A stretch of 64,000 nucleotides of DNA from assembly GCA_903855985.1 (NCBI GenBank), contig CAIOAO010000043.1, positions 8,603 through 72,602 on the forward strand, read 5' to 3'. The stretch is from an uncultured Opitutia bacterium (lineage in GTDB: Bacteria; Verrucomicrobiota; Verrucomicrobiia; Opitutales; Opitutaceae). A program made the position numbers and the translations under genes. Every line of letters begins with the position of its first letter. Within the stretch, counting starts at the first letter, position 1. The notes under the pieces were generated by a model, which saw nothing but the letters and a program-made list of their open reading frames with translations, was not told the origin of the DNA and did no database searches. Below, piece after piece: positions 60,218 through 64,000 of the stretch.

Positions 60218-60961
60218 ATGTTTCATTCCACCATGCCCGAAGATCCTCTCGCCCAGCCCTTGAAACCCGCCACACCCGCCGCCCCGGCTCCAGCCGCTCC
60301 TGCAGGGGCAACCCCGGTCGCCACGCCCGCGGCGACTCCCGCCGCCACCCCAGTGACGAGTTATGCCAAGGCGAAGACGCGGGACTCCTCGGCGGATGCG
60401 TCCGACGACGACGCCCCGGTCTCGGTAAAATCCACCCCGTGGACCATCATTCTCGCGGTCATCTCGGTCATCCTGCTGATCACAGTGGTTCTCTTTGCCG
60501 CGAAAGTGAGCGACCGCGACCGGACTCTTTTGGAAACCAAGAACCGCACAGCCCAGGTCCAAACCGCCGCGACCCAGTTGCAGACGCAGGTTGATGACGC
60601 CAAGTCCGAGGCCGCCTCATTGCAGAAGAAGCTGGACGCCGCCGATGCGGAGACGGCGCAGTTCAAGACCGATCTGGACAAGACCAAGGCCAGCATTGTT
60701 GAGGTCCAGGCCCGCTTGGACAAAGCTCGGGCCGCCGCCGCGGCCTTCCAGACCCAAGCCGAGGAGGCCAAGGTGGCCTCGCTGAAGCGCCAAGGCGAGG
60801 TCGAGGTCGCTCAAGCCCAGACCGCGGTCATGCTCGAGCAGCTGAACAAAGCCCGGGGTGATGCAGCCGACATGAAGAACCAGCTCAGCGAGCTGCAGAC
60901 CAAGTTCGACGCCGCGCAAAAGGAAATCACCCGCCTGCAAAAGCCGGCGGCAAAGAAATAA
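60218..60961 (+). CDS. membrane-anchored coiled-coil protein with Pro/Ala-rich N-terminus
   Basis: One TM segment (WTIILAVISVILLITVVLFAA) followed by ~150 aa of heptad-like Q/A/K/D-rich sequence. Confidence 0.6.
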   Translation: MFHSTMPEDPLAQPLKPATPAAPAPAAPAGATPVATPAATPAATPVTSYAKAKTRDSSADASDDDAPVSVKSTPWTIILAVISVILLITVVLFAAKVSDRDRTLLETKNRTAQVQTAATQLQTQVDDAKSEAASLQKKLDAADAETAQFKTDLDKTKASIVEVQARLDKARAAAAAFQTQAEEAKVASLKRQGEVEVAQAQTAVMLEQLNKARGDAADMKNQLSELQTKFDAAQKEITRLQKPAAKK

Positions 60962-60979
60962 CCCCGACCACTTCTGCTC

Positions 60980-61438
60980 ATGAAATTCCAGGCCTGTGTT
61001 CCGCGTTTTCGCACGGTTTTGTTCGCCAGTGTGGGCCTGACGGCGGCACTCGCCCTTCAAGGCTGCGTGAAACAGCCGCCCGCCCCACCCGTCGCCCAAT
61101 TTGACCCGGCGGTCGGGGAAACCGGACCGTCCACAGTGGTGATGGTGACGGACGACTACGTCTACTATCCGCAATACGAGGTGTATTACAGCGCGCACCG
61201 GCATCAATACGGCTACCGCGACAGCAACGGCTGGTCCTGGCGCGCGGGTCCGCCCAACGTCTCCGCCAGTGTACTGTTTGCTTCACCCTCGGTGCAGATG
61301 GAATTCCACGACTCGCCGGAGCGGCACCATGGTGACGTGATCCGGAATTATCCGCGCAATTGGAAGCAGCCGAACCAGGGCCGGGGCGACAAGGACGATC
61401 GCCGGGATGACCGGCCGGACGGTCCGCGGAAGCATTGA
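60980..61438 (+). CDS. hypothetical lipoprotein
   Basis: Lipobox LALQGC with a charged D/R-rich tail. Confidence 0.55.
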   Translation: MKFQACVPRFRTVLFASVGLTAALALQGCVKQPPAPPVAQFDPAVGETGPSTVVMVTDDYVYYPQYEVYYSAHRHQYGYRDSNGWSWRAGPPNVSASVLFASPSVQMEFHDSPERHHGDVIRNYPRNWKQPNQGRGDKDDRRDDRPDGPRKH

Positions 61439-61498
61439 GCTCTGGCCGCGGCCGATACTTTGAACTAAGCGTCGCCAGGCGCCCCCATCGGTGTCGTC

Positions 61499-61804
61499 GT
61501 GGCAGCCATCACTACTCACCCTGACCTCCCCCCTTGTGCCGGCTGCGGCCGTTGCTGTCACCTGGTGGTCGAGTTGCGCGCGGGCGACATCGTGCCGGAG
61601 GAATTCATCGTTGAGCGCGAAGGGGCGCGTTGCATGGACCAGCGGAACGATGGCGCCTGCGTGGCCCTCGATCCGGTCACCAAGCTCTGCACCATCTATG
61701 AGGACCGGCCGCAGACCTGCCGCGATTTCAGCCGCGGGGAGACAATATGCCGTCGGATCCTGGGCCGGACCCTCACGGTGACGGCCCCAACTTTGGCGGA
61801 CTGA
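61499..61804 (+). CDS. YkgJ-family cysteine-cluster (zinc/iron-chelating) protein
   Basis: GTG start. CAGCGRCC ... C..L....C.IY..RP..CR pattern. Confidence 0.75.
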   Translation: MAAITTHPDLPPCAGCGRCCHLVVELRAGDIVPEEFIVEREGARCMDQRNDGACVALDPVTKLCTIYEDRPQTCRDFSRGETICRRILGRTLTVTAPTLAD

Positions 61805-61825
61805 TTCCGGCCGGAACCGGCCGGA

Positions 61826-63019
61826 TTACCGCTTCAGGCTGGCGCAGAAACGCGCGAGCCGCTCCACGCCCTTCCGGATGATCTCGTCGGACGTGGCATA
61901 GCTGAGGCGGAGATAACCCTCGGCGCCGAACGCCGAGCCGGGAACCGCGGCGACCTTTTCCTGTTCGAGCAGCTTCGCGCAGAAATCAGCACTGGTCAGC
62001 CCGAAGCTGGAGATGTTTGGGAAGAGATAAAACGCCCCCTCGGCCAGCAGGCATTTGACCCCGGGAATCCGGTTGAGCTCGTCGTGCAGGAATTTGCGGC
62101 GCCGGTCGAAGGCGGTGAGCATGACCTTCAGCGCCGCGGCGGTCTTGTCCTTTTCGGTCAGCGCCGCCAGCGCGCCGAACTGGGCGAACGAGGTCGGGTT
62201 GGAGGACATCTGGCTCTGCAGCTCCACGCAGGCCTTGGTGATGGACGCCGGCGCGATGAGCATGCCCAGGCGCCAGCCCGTCATCGAATAGGTCTTGGAA
62301 AAACCGGCCACGATCAGCGTGCGGGCCTCCGCCTCGGGGCTGAGCGTCGCCACACACACCGGCTTGGCACCGTCATAGACCAGATGCTCGTACATCTCGT
62401 CGGAGAGGATGTAGAGGTTATGCTTCACCGCGACGGCGACAATCGCCGCGAGCTCGGCGCGCGTGTACACCGCGCCGGTCGGATTGGACGGGGAATTGAG
62501 GATGACCAGCCGCGTGCGGGGCGTGATGGCCTGTTCCAGCTGGGCAGGGGTGAGCTTGAAACCGGTCGTATCCGGAGTGAGCACAAATTTCGGCACCGCG
62601 CCGGCGAGCTTCACCATCTCGGGATAGCTGACCCAATAGGGCGCGGCGATGATGACCTCGTCGCCAGGCGAGCACGTGGCCAGGATGGCGAGGTAGCAGG
62701 AATACTTGCCGCCGGGGCTCACGATGACCTGGGCCGGCGTGACCTTGAGCCCGTAATTCGTGGCGTAGCTTTCGGCGATGGCCGCGCGGAGCGACTCCAT
62801 GCCCGCCGTCGGGCCGTACTTGGTCTTGCCGCCACGGAGTGCGGTGATGCAGGCCTCCTTGATGTGGTCCGGGGTGTCGAAATCCGGCTCGCCGGCCGCA
62901 AAGCTGCAGACGTCCTCGCCGGCGGCCAGCATCGCCTTGGCTTTCGCGTCCACCGCGAGGGTCGGGGAAGGCGAGATGTTACGGGCCCAGGCGGAGAGCG
63001 GACGCGGTGCGGTGGTCAT
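61826..63019 (-). CDS. aspartate/aromatic aminotransferase, class I PLP enzyme
   Basis: ATG at 63019 ([21 protein letters not shown]). GEPDFDTP, and the PLP lysine in [13 protein letters not shown]. Confidence 0.9.
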   Translation of the reverse strand: MTTAPRPLSAWARNISPSPTLAVDAKAKAMLAAGEDVCSFAAGEPDFDTPDHIKEACITALRGGKTKYGPTAGMESLRAAIAESYATNYGLKVTPAQVIVSPGGKYSCYLAILATCSPGDEVIIAAPYWVSYPEMVKLAGAVPKFVLTPDTTGFKLTPAQLEQAITPRTRLVILNSPSNPTGAVYTRAELAAIVAVAVKHNLYILSDEMYEHLVYDGAKPVCVATLSPEAEARTLIVAGFSKTYSMTGWRLGMLIAPASITKACVELQSQMSSNPTSFAQFGALAALTEKDKTAAALKVMLTAFDRRRKFLHDELNRIPGVKCLLAEGAFYLFPNISSFGLTSADFCAKLLEQEKVAAVPGSAFGAEGYLRLSYATSDEIIRKGVERLARFCASLKR

Positions 63020-63101
63020 GGATGCGGCCGCCACTACAAAGTGGCGCGGCGGGTGATGGCAAGCCCCGCGCTCGGGTTCGGCGCGGATGGCGGCCGCCGG
63101 C

Positions 63102-63425
63102 TCAGCTGCGCCGCGCGGGGCGGGCCGACTTGACGGCGAGGCCGTCGAGGGCGAGCCGCAGCAGGTCGCCGACGCTGGTGTCCTTGCTGCGTGCATAGCG
63201 CTTCAGCATGGCGCGCTGCGCGGCGGCGACGCGTACCGAGATTTGGCGGTGTGGCTCGCGGCTTGGCGCGCAGGCCTCGAAATCGAACTGTTCGATGGCC
63301 AGGCGGACCACCTCGCTGGCGGTCTTCAGCCCGTGGCTTTTGCGCGCGGTCTTGATTTTCGCGATCAACCCCAGGGGCAGGTCGAAGGTCAGCGGCGCGG
63401 AAATTGTCTTGGTTCGGGTAGCCAT
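63102..63425 (-). CDS. protein with two tandem ribbon-helix-helix (CopG/Arc/MetJ-like) motifs
   Basis: ATG at 63425. [36 protein letters not shown] and [36 protein letters not shown]. Confidence 0.55.
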   Translation of the reverse strand: MATRTKTISAPLTFDLPLGLIAKIKTARKSHGLKTASEVVRLAIEQFDFEACAPSREPHRQISVRVAAAQRAMLKRYARSKDTSVGDLLRLALDGLAVKSARPARRS

Positions 63426-63567
63426 GGCGGATGGGCGCGGGTCGCGCAAAAAAACGGGCCGTTATCTGGCCGGGGAGGCCGAGGCGGGGCAACGAAAATT
63501 TGCCTGCATAAAAAATTGACTCAGCGCGGGATTACCTGAGTTTCACGGACAGTTTCTTCCCTACCCC

Positions 63568-64000
<433 letters not shown>

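Overview
High-GC, gene-dense chromosomal segment with about 70 protein-coding calls and one tRNA. I found no rRNA, CRISPR array, transposase or obvious prophage. Most genes are housekeeping or central metabolism: galE, tmk, holB, mutS, a DAHP synthase, maf, nadE, hemL, mazG, trpC, rsmA, rsmH, monomeric icd and an aspartate aminotransferase. Also present are an exbB-exbD-tonB set, sugar catabolism genes (GH2 beta-galactosidase, GH4 glycosidase, xylulokinase), a sigma54 activator, envelope proteins and many small hypotheticals. The protein repertoire (PEP-CTERM protein, DUF3300, DUF4337, monomeric IDH), the many TTG/GTG starts and the high GC suggest Verrucomicrobiota (Opitutaceae-like). That placement is inference only; I ran no search. 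The long antisense ORFs in the track are GC-driven shadow frames and were ignored.

Main leads:
1. A candidate Phe/Tyr-rich leader peptide with antiterminator and terminator directly upstream of the DAHP synthase gene (24054-24229). This looks like classical ribosome-mediated attenuation.
2. A FAS-II-like lipid cluster at 1-7567: FabH-like, FabI, FabZ-like, ACP and KAS I/II, plus two CrtI/phytoene-desaturase-family flavoenzymes and an embedded DUF3300 protein.
3. Several families of small structured repeats not explained by the genes:
- inverted arrays of three 8-9 bp periodic units at gene starts (5892, 20008, 31927)
- TGTAACC..GGTTACA palindromes (30192, 30262, 40536)
- GTAGGGCGGG hairpins (8595, 38804)
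- strand-consistent NNTCAGC heptamer arrays in 3' UTRs (45605, 46571, 49918)
4. A shared 40-bp operator-like block, found in front of two small genes exactly 1200 bp apart next to an HxlR regulator.

All coordinates were derived by hand from the ORF track and the sequence. Start codons are best guesses.
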